Shown here one piece after another: positions 11,721-23,229 of a stretch of DNA of 64,000 nt. The position numbers and the translations under genes were made by a program. The notes under the pieces were generated by a model, which ran no database searches, was not told where the DNA came from, and saw only the letters and a program-made list of their open reading frames with translations. The stretch covers positions 16,430,001-16,494,000 of the forward strand of contig NW_027362765.1 in assembly GCF_046119375.1 (NCBI RefSeq). Reading direction: 5' to 3'. The DNA comes from Phyllobates terribilis (taxonomy: Eukaryota). Every line of letters begins with the position of its first letter. Position 1 is the first letter of the stretch.

Positions 11721-13316
11721 CGTCCAGAGCTGAGAGATCTAGTGCCCGCTCAGGTCTGGAGATCCTGCATGGTGTTTCCTGGGGGACTGCTGAGGTGCAA
11801 GGGGTGTCCAGTCCCCATATCTTCAGGACAGTCAGCAGTTTCTTCTTCTTCTTCACCAGACCTGCTAGTCGCTGACTCGCTGTGCACTGAAGTCTCCGAA
11901 GGAAGGGAAGCGGAGGCATTGTCCCCACACAGTCTCGACGATTGTACCAATGATCTGGCTTTAGGCACCGCACCGCCTCGCAGACGTGTCATCTCAGAAA
12001 CCAGACTGAAGTTGGTCCCTAAGCAAGGATCCTCCATCTTTAACAAATCTGGCAATAAGTCCATCAAGGCGGTGGCTACCTCCAAGTCTCTGCACCCCTC
12101 CAACAAGACGGAGGATCTCCAGTTGCCTCCTGAATCCTCCGGGGTGCTATGATAACAAATGGAGAGAGACTTTTCTGCACCCTGTACCTGGTACTTCGCC
12201 CACTTCATCCAGTAAGCTTGGCAAAGTGTACGTCAAAGCGGTGGTTAACCCAGAGTCTCTGCACCCCTTCAACCAGGCGGAGGACTTCCAGTTGTCTCCT
12301 GAATCCTCCAGGGTGCTACCCGATATTAATAAGTGGAGAGAGACTTTCCTGTGTCCTGTTCCTGGTACCTCGCCCACCTCATTTGTTGCTGAGGATGGCC
12401 CGATGGAAGGAAGCATCCTAGTTACCAAGATGATGAGACCAGCTTTGTTCCCTCTAGTGGACAGAAGAGGAAATCTTCTTGACAAGGATCGGCCTCCAAA
12501 TTCTCTGCAGAAAATCCTTACTGGCTGGAGGAAGAGGGGGCGTAAAGGGGTGGGTACTGCAACATCCCTGGCGGCGTGCTTGCATGGTGCACCACCTCCC
12601 ACCATGCAAGATCGCAATCTTACCTGTCAGTCCATGCTGCACTCTTTGCTCCATTACCTGCTGTGTCCATGTCTCTTGTCTGATTGCTTAGGGAGTCGGC
12701 ATGGCTTTCTGCTTGTTTCTTATAGCTACTGTGTGCACAGTCCTAATGCGTCCCCAGCCTATTGCTGTGAGTCACTGGATACTTAAACCCCCTCCACCCA
12801 GTAGGAGGTGCCTGAGCAACACTTTCTCTCAGTTTATTCTTTGCAACTGAATAGCCAGGTCCTGTCCTGTATCTAGTCTGTTCCGCCACCCTGAGGGCTG
12901 TATACCCAGGCCTGTTACCTGTTTGTTCTGCCACCCTGGGGGCTGTATACCCAGGCCTGTTACCTGTCTGTTTCCGCCACCCTGGGGGCTGAGTTCCCAG
13001 GCTCATTTCTGTATCTTGTTTCTGTTTCAGTTCCTGTCTGAACAGTGTCCTAGCCTGTTTCTTGTTTGTTTCCATGTTTGTACCTTCCCTTTTCCTGCAG
13101 TGTCTGAACCTGCACCTAACTCCAACTCGTTGTCTCTGTACTTCTGTTTGTGAGTTTCGTGTCCACTTGCTACTTCATTGTAAGTACCTTGGGTGTATCT
13201 GGTTCTGTGCGTTCTGTTTCCCTTCCTCCGTATTTACCTCCTGTGTTCTAGCTATCTTCCTTTATCTTCCAGTCTGTTTCATGTGAACAGACCCCTGTCC
13301 TGTCTGCCTTCACCTT

Positions 13317-13825
13317 CTGCTCGGTTCTGCTTGCTCACAGCTCCGGAGGTTCCGCTCTTCTCCGCTTGTTTACCGCACCGGCGGTTCCGCTTTGCTCCGC
13401 TTGTTTACCGCACTGGCGGTTCCGCTCTGCTCTGCTTGCTCATCGCTCAGGCGGTTCCGCTTTGCTCCGCTTGTTTACCGCACCTGCGGTCCCACTCTGC
13501 TCTGCTTGTTTACCGCACCTGCGGTTCCGCTCTGCTCTGCTTGTTTACCGCTCCGGCGGTTCTGCTCTGCTCGGCTTGTTTACCGCTCCGGCGGTTCCGC
13601 ACTGCTCCGCTTGTTCACCGCACCTGCGGTTTTGCTCCGCTCTGCTTGTTCACCGCACCTGCGGTTTTGCTCTGCTTGTTCACCGCACCTGCGGTTTTGC
13701 TCTGCTTGTTCACCGCACCTGCGGTTTTGCTCCGCTCTGCTTGTTCACCGCACCCGCGGTTTTGCTCCGCTCTGCTTGTTCACCGCTCCTGCGGTTTTGC
13801 TCTGCTAGTCCACCGCACCTGCGGC
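13317..13825. repeat. 35/30-bp hairpin array in the 3' LTR (shorter allele)
   Basis: Same unit as 9286-10190; accounts for most of the 406-bp LTR length difference. Confidence 0.92.
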
Positions 13826-14713
13826 TCTGTTCCTGTATCCCAGTCTGTACTGGTCCCTATCCAGCCTATGTTCATACCTGCCAGTATCTGCATTCCAGCC
13901 GTGCCTGTCAGCACCCGCCTGTCTTCATACCAGCCGTGCCTGCTAGTACCCACCTGCCTTCATACCAGCCGTGCCTGCCAGTGTCCACCTGTCTGCATAC
14001 CAGCTAACCTGCCTGTTCCTGCATTCCCCGGTGTGGGTCAACAGCTGTGACCGGGGTCTGACCTGGACTAGCACCTGGTCCCTCTGCTCGGTTCCTCCCT
14101 GGTTCATGGAGTCGACTGAGCCGCCGTGTGACCTTGGTCGGATCGGGTTGATTCTTAGTTACGCCCATCCAAGCACTCCTCGGTTCATGGTACAGTGGGA
14201 TCACTAATCACGCTCATGCCAGTCAGTCCGGGCGCAAGCGTAACACTATGGCCCCCTCCATGTCTGATGGTATACTGGCCTGACTCCTGGTAGCGCCTCC
14301 AGCCTCTGGACTCTACGCTGACGGACACAGCAAACCTTCTTGCCACAGCTCACATTGATGTGCCATCCTGGATGAGCTGCACTACCAGAGCAACTTCTGT
14401 AGAGTCCGTCTCATGCTACCATGAGTGTGAAACCACAACCAACATTCAAAAGTGACTAAAACATCAGCCAGAAAGCATTGGTACTGAGATGTGGTCTGTG
14501 GTCCCCACCTGCAGAAAAACTCCTTTATTGAGTGTGTCTTGATAATTGCCAATAATTTCCATCTATAGTCTATTCCATTTGCACAACAGCATGTGAAATT
14601 GATTGTCAATCAGTGTTGCTTCCTAAGTGGTCAGTTTGATTTCACAGAAGTTTGATTTACTTGGAGTTCTATTCTGTTGTTTTAGTGTTCCCTTTATTTT
14701 TTTCAGCAGTGTA

Positions 14714-15785
14714 TATACAAGTCGTGAGGTTTTACAGTAGGAATAATCCCTCTGGAAAAAGGTTTTATCCATGGAGGAGCTCAAGAAAGATTTACATGGT
14801 CTCATCCAATTACATGTACAACATTCTCCACATCTAAAGAAACCGCAGATTCTTCTATCTAGCCAAGTCCCCGTGTGCAGTTTTTTTTTTTATAGAAACT
14901 ATGCACTAAATGATCCCTAATTGACAGACCCTTTCTGAAAATTATTGTGGGAGTAGATCCCATGAGCACCTCTCAGCTCGGGTCAGCCACAAGTATATTC
15001 CAGTGTCTTCTGAGGACAGTAAAGATACGGTCACTCTGATTGTTGTCAATTCCTATTACTTGTGTTATCCCATCTTTTTCTTGGTCTCTTGGTTTGGTAT
15101 GGAGAAGTGTCTGTCTCTGTCACTTTTCTGCAAACGATTTTGCAGAAACGAAAAAGTACTGTGGATACCTTTTTCCCTTAATATGATATTCATGTCAATT
15201 GCCTGTATATTAAAATCTGTGACATTAGAACAGTTCCTTCTCAACCATAAAAATTGTCCCTTTGGTTTTCCTTTTTTATGGGCATGGGGTGGTGGCTATC
15301 CAACTTAAATACACTATTAGTGCTTGTAAATTTATGGAAGATGAGTGTCTCTAGGGTCCCATCCTGTTCCTTCTAGATTAGGACATCCAGGAAATGCAAC
15401 AGGAAACAATTAACCTCCGACATAAATCGAAGGCCATTGCCCCACTATCAGTTTTTGGTCAGTATTTTTTCTCGGAGTGGGAGACAAAACCAGGAGTGGG
15501 TGATAAATGCAAAACTGTTTAAAAGAAAGAAGTTATGAGTAAGAGTGAATGTTAGATCCTCCATGAAGTCATTATGTCTGCTACACTCTACTGATCTCGA
15601 TTTCAAGAAATGTCTTACTCCTCTGATACCATCCTCATGCAGTATATTACTGTACAAAGTCTCGATATCTAGTAAGGTCTGCTCCCCTACATGCATGTAC
15701 ACATGCTCGAGGGTTATACATGTAGGGGAGAAGGTGAAGGGAAAACCATTTTCCAGAGGAATTATTCCAAGTGCAGGACCTCAGG
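14714..15785 (-). pseudogene. Penelope-like RT/linker fragments, degenerate
   Basis: LLDIETLYSNILHEDGIRGVRHFL...FTLTHNFFLLN (15448-15702); contiguous with 7412 once the Tc1 is removed. Confidence 0.8.
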
Positions 15786-15803
15786 TGGTACTTTTGGGAA
15801 AAT

Positions 15804-16230
15804 TATACTGTGTGGGGGCTTCACACATACTGCATAAGGGACATAATGGGGGCATTACACTGTGTGGGGGCATCATACACACTGCATAAGGGGCATATGG
15901 GGGCATTACACTGTGTGGGGGCATCATACATCCTGCATAAGGGGCATAATGGGGGCATTACACTGTGTGGGGCATCATACATACTGCATAAGGGGCATAT
16001 GGGGGCATTACACTGTGTGGGGGCATCATACACACTGTATAAGGGGCATAATGGGGGCATTACACTGTGTGGGGGGCATCATACACACTGTATAAGGGGC
16101 ATAATGGGGGCATTACACTGTGTGGGGGCATCATATATCCTGCATAAGGGGCATAATGGGGGCCTTACACTGTGTGGGGGTATCATACATCCTGCATAAG
16201 GGGCATAATGGGGGCATTACACTGTGGGGG
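15804..16230. repeat. About 52-bp G-rich minisatellite (GGGGCATTACACTGTGTGGGGGCATCATACATACTGCATAAGGGGCATAATG)
   Basis: About 8 units; paralog at 59308-59885. Confidence 0.93.
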
Positions 16231-16405
16231 TCCTGTACTATGAGAACAATACGTTTCCTCACTTTCTGTCTCCATAGTTGGGTCGTATGTATCTATTACA
16301 GGAAACAGAACAAAAACCTTATGATTCTTATAAAGGGGCAACACAAGACCCCAAAAGAGTCTCCGTGCTGAAGGGCTTAATGCCCCCTGCGCCAGTAATG
16401 GGGAA

Positions 16406-16569
16406 TCTCCACATACCTCCACCTGCAGAGCCGCCACCACATATATGGCTGTTCTGTGCGCACAGGACCTGTGATGAGGTCACAGGAGGGGAGGAGTCAG
16501 GGGTCACATGATCAGGGGCCTCAGTGGATGCAGGACTCTGCTGTGCTGGTTGTCATGGTGCTGGATGAG
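16406..16569 (-). promoter_or_regulatory. Putative core promoter / non-coding first exon, copy 1 (donor GAG|GTATGT at 16417/16416)
   Basis: 164 bp identical to 60071-60234; E-box GTCACATGAT, TGACCTCA, GGGGAGGAG motifs. Confidence 0.55.
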
Positions 16570-16615
16570 GTGAAGTTTATGTGTGTGGTCAGGAGGGGTT
16601 TACAGTGTGGATGTA

Positions 16616-18817
16616 GCAGAGTCGTGTGTGTACGAGGTGTACGGAGCGGAGCCGCGCGTGTACGAGGTGTACGGAGCGGAGCCGCGCGTGTACGAGGCGT
16701 ACGGAGCGGAGGCGCGCGTGTACGAGGCGTACGGAGCGGAGGCGCGCGTGTACGAGGCGTACGGAGCGGAGGCGCGCGTGTACGAGGCGTACGGAGCGGA
16801 GGCGCGCGTGTACGAGGCGTACGGAGCGGAGGCGCGCGTGTACGAGGCGTACGGAGCGGAGGCGCGCGTGTACGAGGCGTACGGAGCGGAGGCGCGCGTG
16901 TACGAGGCGTACGGAGCGGAGGCGCGCGTGTACGAGGCGTACGGAGCGGAGGCGCGCGTGTACGAGGCGTACGGAGCGGAGGCGCGCGTGTACGAGGCGT
17001 ACGGAGCGGAGCCGCGCGTGTACGAGGCGTACGGAGCGGAGCCGCGCGTGTACGAGGCGTACGGAGCGGAGCCGCGCGTGTACGAGGCGTACGGAGCGGA
17101 GCCGCGCGTGTACGAGGCGTACGGAGCAGAGCCGCGCGTGTACGAGGTGTGCGGAGCCGCGTGTGTGCGAGGTGTACGGAGCCGAGCGGCGTGTGTACGA
17201 GGCGTACGGAGCCGAGCGGCGTGTGTACGAGGCGTACGGAGCGGAGGCGCGCGTGTACGAGGCGTACGGAGCGGAGGCGCGCGTGTACGAGGCGTACGGA
17301 GCGGAGGCGCGCGTGTACGAGGCGTACGGAGCGGAGGCGCGCGTGTACGAGGCGTACGGAGCGGAGCCGCGCGTGTACGAGGCGTACGGAGCGGAGCCGC
17401 GCGTGTACGAGGCGTACGGAGCGGAGCCGCGCGTGTACGAGGCGTACGGAGCGGAGCCGCGCGTGTACGAGGCGTACGGAGCAGAGCCGCGCGTGTACGA
17501 GGTGTGCGGAGCCGCGTGTGTGCGAGGTGTACGGAGCCGAGCGGCGTGTGTACGAGGCGTACGGAGCCGAGCGGCGTGTGTACGAGGCGTACGGAGCCGA
17601 GCGGCATGTGTACGAGGAGTACGGAGCAGAGCGGCGTGTGTACGAGGCATACGGAGCAGAGCGGCGTGTGTACGAGGCGTACGGAGCGGAGCGGCGTGTG
17701 TACGAGGCGTACGGGGTGGAGCCGCGCGTGTACGAGGTGTACGGAGCGGAGCCGCGCGTGTACGAGGTGTACGGACCGCAGCCGCATGTGTAAGAGGTGA
17801 GCGGAGCCGCGTGTGTACGAGGTGTACGGAGCGGAGCCGCGTGTGTGCGAGGTGTACGGAGCCGAGCGGTGTGTGTACGAGGCGTACGGAGCCGAGCGGC
17901 GTGTGTACGAGGCGTACGGAGCAGAGCGGCGTGTGTACGAGGCGTACGGAGCAGAGCGGTGTGTGTACGAGGCGTACGGAGCAGAGCCGCGTGTGTGCGA
18001 GGCGTACGGAGCAGAGCCGCGTGTGTGCGAGGCGTACGGAGGCGAGCGGCGTGTGTACGAGGCGTACGGAGCCGAGCGGCGTGTGTACGAGGCGTACGGA
18101 GCAGAGCGGCGTGTGTACGAGGCGTACGGAGCAGAGCCGCGTGTGTACGAGGCGTACGGAGCAGAGCCGCGTGTGTACGAGGCGTACGGAGCGGAGCCGC
18201 GCGTGTACGAGGTGTACGGACCGGAGCCGCATGTGTACGAGGTGAGCGGAGCCGCGTGTGTACGAGGTGTACGGAGCGGAGCCGCGTGTGTGCGAGGCGT
18301 ACGGAGCCGAGCGGCGTGTGTACGAGGCGTACGGAGCAGAGCGGCGTGTGTACGAGGCGTACGGAGCAGAGCGGCGCGTGTACGAGGCGTACGGAGCAGA
18401 GCGGCGCGTGTACGAGGCGTACGGAGCAGAGCGGCGCGTGTACGAGGCATACGGAGCGGAGTCGCGCGTGTACGAGGCGTACGGAGCGGAGCCGCGCGTG
18501 TATGAGGCGTACGGAGCGGAGCCGCGCGTGTACGAGGTGTACGGAGCGGAGCCGCGCGTGTACGAGGCGTACGGAGCGGAGCCGCGCGTGTACGAGGCGT
18601 GCGGAGCCGTGTGTGTACGAGGTGTACGGAGCGGAGCCGCGCGTGTACGAGGTGAACGGAGCAGAGCCGCGTGTGTACGAGGTGTATGGAGCAGAGCCGC
18701 GTGTGTACGAGGCGTACGGAGCAGAGCCATGTGTGTACGAGGTGTACGGAGTCGAGCAGCGTGTGTACGAGGTGTACGGAGTGGAGCCGCGCGTGTAGGA
18801 GGTGTACGGAGTGGAGC
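16616..18817. repeat. CpG-dense 30-bp satellite, about 73 units
   Basis: Unit GAGCCGCGTGTGTACGAGGCGTACGGAGCG and variants. Confidence 0.97.
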
Positions 18818-18824
18818 CCCCTTT

Positions 18825-20599
18825 GGGGGCTAAGTGGTTTTCTAACCTTGACCTTAGAGGGGCTTATTAGAATTTGATTCCCATCCAGAAGGGTGATGGG
18901 TGGGAATCGGCGTTCTTAATGTCTCAGAGTTTACTCAATAATCTCGTCCTGCCATTTGGATTCTCCAAAGCACCAACAGGATTTCACCACTTTCTGAATG
19001 ATATTTCTCTGATTACATTGGGAGATTTGTTGTGATTTACCTTGATGATATATAATTTTTTCACCTGGTTTGGATTCTCACCAGGAACATGTCCGTGTTG
19101 TATTACAAAGATTGAGGGAGAATTCTTTGTTTGCTAAAATTGAGAAATGTATTTTTCGGTTCAGGGAGTTTCATTCCTGGGGATCATTTTATTGGCTGAT
19201 GGGTTTAAGCTGGATCCTGGGAACGTGAAAGCCATAATAGATTGGGTCCAACCCAGTGAACGGAAAGCGTTGCAACATTTTTTGGGATTCGCCAACTATA
19301 ATAGGAAATTCATTAGTGGTTTTTCTCTGATTGCTGAACCTCTTACCGACCTCACACATAAAGGGATGGATATCGTGGTTTAGCCACTGAATGCTATGAG
19401 GGCTTTTGAAAAATTGAAAGTGTTTTAATGTCTGCTCCTGTTCTAATCCAACCTGATCTCCAAGAACCATTCACTGTGGATGCTTCTTGGTTCAAAGTAG
19501 AGGCCCTTTTATCTCAAGTCTCCTAAACTCTGACCAATTTGATGCCATGTGCTCTTTTCGCGAGAATATTTTTGTTTGCTGAAAGAAATTATGATGTTAG
19601 GAATCGTGAGTTACTTGCTAAAAAATTAGCCTTTGAGGAATGAAGACATTTTATGAAAGGGGAAGTTCATCAAGTCACTGACCATAAGAATTTAGCGTAT
19701 ATTGAATCAGCTAAGCGGCTAACTCCTAGACAGGCCAGAAGGTCCTTTATTTTCTCTAGATTCAATTGCTTTCAGGCCAGGGTCCAAGATTGTGAAGGCT
19801 GATGCCCTATCACATGGTTTTAGTTCAGTTTCTCCTTCAGAACCTCCATTCTTCCTAAGGGCATTGTGGTTTCTGTGGTATCCTTGGAGTTGGAAGCGGA
19901 GATCGTTAAAGTCCAATCATTGGCATTTTCCGCCACTCCTAGGTCCAAATTATATCATGCAGGAGTTTCATGATTCCATCTTGACTGGTCATCTCGGGGT
20001 CACAACTATGCTGGTAGCTATTGCTAGGCTTTTTTGGTTCCGTCTATGAATAATGATATTAAAGATTTTGTATCCGCTTGTGAAGTTTGTGCACGCGATA
20101 AAGCCTGTCATAACCGGCCGGCCCTTGGCTCCATTGCCAATTCCAGAAAGACCGTGGACTCATCAGTCCATGGATTTAATCGCGGTTTGCCGCCGTCTCG
20201 TGTTTTTGGGTGGTGGTTGGCCGATTCAGTAAACGGGCTCATTTTATTCCTTTGTCAGGGTTACCTAATGCTGAGACACTTTCTATGTTGCAATTTGTCT
20301 CCAAATTCTGGAGAGCTTTTTGTGAAAAACTGGGGATTGACTTGTCATTTTCCTGTGCCAACAACCCTGAAACCAACAGTCAGACAGAGAGGGAAAATCA
20401 ATCATTGGAACAAATTTTAATGTGTTTTGTTGCAACTCCGCAGAGGGACTGGTCTTCATTCTTATCTCTTGCTGAGTTTGCCTTTAACAGTCAGATCAAT
20501 CCGTCCACTGGAAACTCTGCATTTTTTTGTAATTATGGTTTTCATCCCCATTATGGTGAATTTTCTCAGATACATTCTGAATGTCCTGGAGTGAAAGTC
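18825..20599 (+). pseudogene. pol: Gypsy (sushi-like) pol fragment: RT, RNase H, integrase; many stops and frameshifts
   Basis: GAKWFSNLDLRGAY, IYLDDI (about 19035), LQHFLGFANY, integrase RFSKRAHFIPL...PETNSQTERENQSLEQ. Confidence 0.9.
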
Positions 20600-21897
20600 T
20601 GTCATAGAAAAATTTAAAAACTTTTCTTCTCCCATGTCACAGATATTAAGAATTCTCTCTCCTAAACCCCTCTTCGCTCTCACCCCTCCCTTATCCACCA
20701 TTTGTCACAAGAGAATAGATTACAATCTAAAGTGGCTCCTATGCAAACTGACACCCACAGCAGAAGTGGCTTAGATAGATGCTGGCACAAAGGGAGGTGC
20801 TACAGACCCATTTAGCAGGCGAGTGTGTTTTCCTCTGACACAGAGAAGAAGATGCAGCTCGTTAAGATCAAAGGCACTAACTAAGACAATTCCCCAGCTG
20901 CAAACTGCAGGATTTTCGGCTCCGATACGAAATATGGAATAACTAAAGTTCCATACATCCGATAATAATGGAACCTATATTTTTAGTGGCAGGGTCAGCC
21001 AAGGAACAATATGGATATTTTCCGTCGCTGTAGACCCCTACGGGGAGCGGTAATGCAAAAGTACCAGAATAACGGATCGCAACTATGCGTAGTCTCTAAA
21101 GAAAAGTAAATTTATAATGGAAAATATGGCGTCACTTGCAAGCTTCTGCGAGCAACAAGCAATGAGTTATCACAGAAGTTAGCATTTTTAATAAAAACAT
21201 GAAGGGTGAAGCCGAGCCCACATGATGTCATCCAAGGGGGTGTGTGGGCAGATCTCCCACTTCAGCATAAAAGATCCAACTGAAGGTTGATCCATATTCA
21301 TTGCCAAAGGGCTATAGATACTATAAGCAACGGATCACATTCGATAACGCTCAAATCGAATCGCGGAGCCCCTCCTCCAGCTATACTGAATCGTCTCAGA
21401 AATCTTATAGTAAGTTTCTGGTTTAATCCTTAGTATTTTGTGTAACTGCATTTGTATTGTAATTGTCCCCTTTTGTAAAATCTTGTATATTTTTCCTAAA
21501 CACTGCCTTCCTTTTGGATTAAATATAAAATTTAATAGTCTTGTTTCTTTTGCTCTGTAATCGTTCCCTCCCCCAAAGCAATATGCTACCAGAAAGCAGG
21601 CGTCCGGCCAGGCCTGTATCATAGTTCAAACGTGGTCGGTGGTGGCAGTGAATAATATTAATTGGGCTATCGTGAAGCCGGCAGTAACCATACGATGGAT
21701 TATACACATATTACACAAGTTGGAGTCTGGAGGTATGACGCCATACACTTTCTGCTCGCTTCCAATAGCTACATAGTGAGTAATCGAGATTGTGTGCTCG
21801 CGAATCCCTGCTCAATCCTGTGAAAACCGGATAGAGTGATGGGAGCGGCGAGATATTGCGTGATCTCCCTGGTCCCGACCCTGTGCGTTCCATGACA
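20600..21897 (+). mobile_element. Solo LTR, about 1.3 kb
   Basis: TGTCA...TGACA termini; near-TSD AAGTC/AGGTC; shares blocks with 51101-57296. Confidence 0.7.
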
Positions 21898-21925
21898 AGG
21901 TCGCCATACAGAAACAAGTGGGGAT

Positions 21926-22185
21926 GTTACATAGGTTGAAAAAAGACCTAGGTCAATCAAGTTCAACCTTTCTCCACCAATTATACATTTGTTGTCACTA
22001 ATTTATCTATAACCCACAATGTTATGTGTACTGAGGAAATCATTCAGCCCTTTCTTAAAAGTTGTTATAGTGTGTCATTACTACCTCCTGTGGTAGGGTG
22101 TTCTATAGTCTGAGTGTTCCAACAACCTTTCCTGTTTGCTGGAATGGCCATTCTTCCACCCACAATGAGTGCCCCTCTTCCTTGG
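21926..22185 (-). mobile_element. CR1 LINE 3' fragment
   Basis: 3' hairpin AGGTTGAA...TTCAACCT with TATGTAAC tail; minus strand encodes a degenerate TLPQEVVM..TFKKGLNDFL-type RT end. Confidence 0.75.
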
Positions 22186-22194
22186 TTCCATATT

Positions 22195-22560
22195 TAAATT
22201 CATTTATCTCAGACGTTTTACTAATTACTGCCGCAAGAGGTTCAATTGCTATTGCAAACAATAAGGGAGACAGAGCCATCCTTGTCTTGTACGTCTGTGC
22301 AACAAAAATTAATTAGACATAGAGCCATTCACTCTTATTTTGGCAATTGGGTCTGAACAAAGCAATTGCATCCATCTTATAAAACGGTCACCGAAATTTA
22401 TCTACCGCAACATAGACCAGAAATATTGCCATTCTACTCTTTCACAGGCCTTAGCGGTGTCCAAAGGCAGGATCATCCTTTAACCAATATTATCAGCCAT
22501 TGCTTGCATATTAACAAAAAGCCTTTTGAGATTGATCACAGTGGACTTATTGGACACAAA
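22195..22560 (-). pseudogene. Highly degenerate L1-type RT fragment
   Basis: LDTAKACERVEWQY and a decayed RQGCPLSPLLFA motif. Confidence 0.65.
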
Positions 22561-22587
22561 CTCAGACTGATCCGGGTGTATTATTAA

Positions 22588-22795
22588 CCCCTTTCTGATG
22601 TATGACCTAATAGTACGTCATGGTGACCTGGGCCGATTGGACCAATGACGTATTATTAGGTCATACGGCGATCGCGCCCGCACACAAGCGGTGCTAGACG
22701 ATCGCCACCGGGTGTCAGCTGATAGTCACAGCTGACACCCGGTGCTCTGTGCAGGGAGTGGTCCCGAACAGCTCCCGGCACATTAACCCCCAGGG
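22588..22795. mobile_element. Terminal fragment of the piggyBac-like family, opposite orientation to the 5566 end
   Basis: TTAA|CCCC start; similar to the reverse complement of 5360-5566. Confidence 0.75.
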
Positions 22796-23229
22796 GACGC
22801 CAAGCCTGTGCAAAACCAAGAGGATAAAACTACATTTCCCTGCAATCAGGCCTCTACTATGGTCCATACAGTTATGTATTGATTTACTTTTCTTTTTTAA
22901 CAATGAGTTTTTATTAGAAATTTTTAAAACATAACAAAGGAAAAAGGACATCAGATACATCACATACGATATTTAGTGTACAATAATGCTTCTGAGAGCA
23001 AGTAGCAAAGAAACTTTAAATGTCATGAACCTGAGGAACAGGAGAGGAAGGGTAGCAGGATATAAGCCAACCTCTCAATTGTGGAAGGGAGAAGAGGGGG
23101 GGAGTAAACCAGGGAAGGGTATATTCTCCAAAATGGATACTGTCAGGAATTATACATAGAAAAGGAACTAAGTCCAGATTCTACAAAAGCAAGAAGTGTG
23201 GAGTAATGGTAATCATGAACATAATATAC

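Larger units (their letters stand above)
8527..14245 (+). mobile_element. Non-autonomous Ty3/Gypsy (Tf1/sushi-like) LTR retrotransposon: 5' LTR 8527-10620, internal 10621-12557, 3' LTR 12558-14245
   Basis: TG...CA termini, 5-bp TSD CTATG (8522-8526, 14246-14250), LTRs roughly 97% identical outside the array, polypurine tract at 12527-12555. Confidence 0.95.
7415..14711 (-). mobile_element. Tc1 (DD34E) transposon with frameshifted transposase, interrupted by an LTR retrotransposon
   Basis: TIR CACTGCTCAAAAAAAATA(G/A)AGGGAACAC at both ends, TA TSD; VLFTDESRF and QD..34..IE(HIW) motifs; empty site GATCATATATACAAG present at about 58402. Confidence 0.95.
6188..18817. repeat. Segmental duplication copy 1 (paralogous to 50017->64000)
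   Basis: Collinear blocks 6188-6770=50017-50620, 6771-7414=57765-58408, 14712-15785=58407-59290, minisatellite, promoter block, 30-bp satellite. Confidence 0.92.

Noticed and set aside
9286-18817. Common origin of the LTR 35-bp array and the 30-bp satellite (shared GCGGAGCAGAGC-like word on opposite strands)
   Set aside because: Match is about 10-12 nt of low-complexity GC-rich sequence; unit lengths and remaining sequence differ.
16456-18877. ORFs of 190-713 aa over satellite 1
   Set aside because: Same 30-bp repeat translation artefact.
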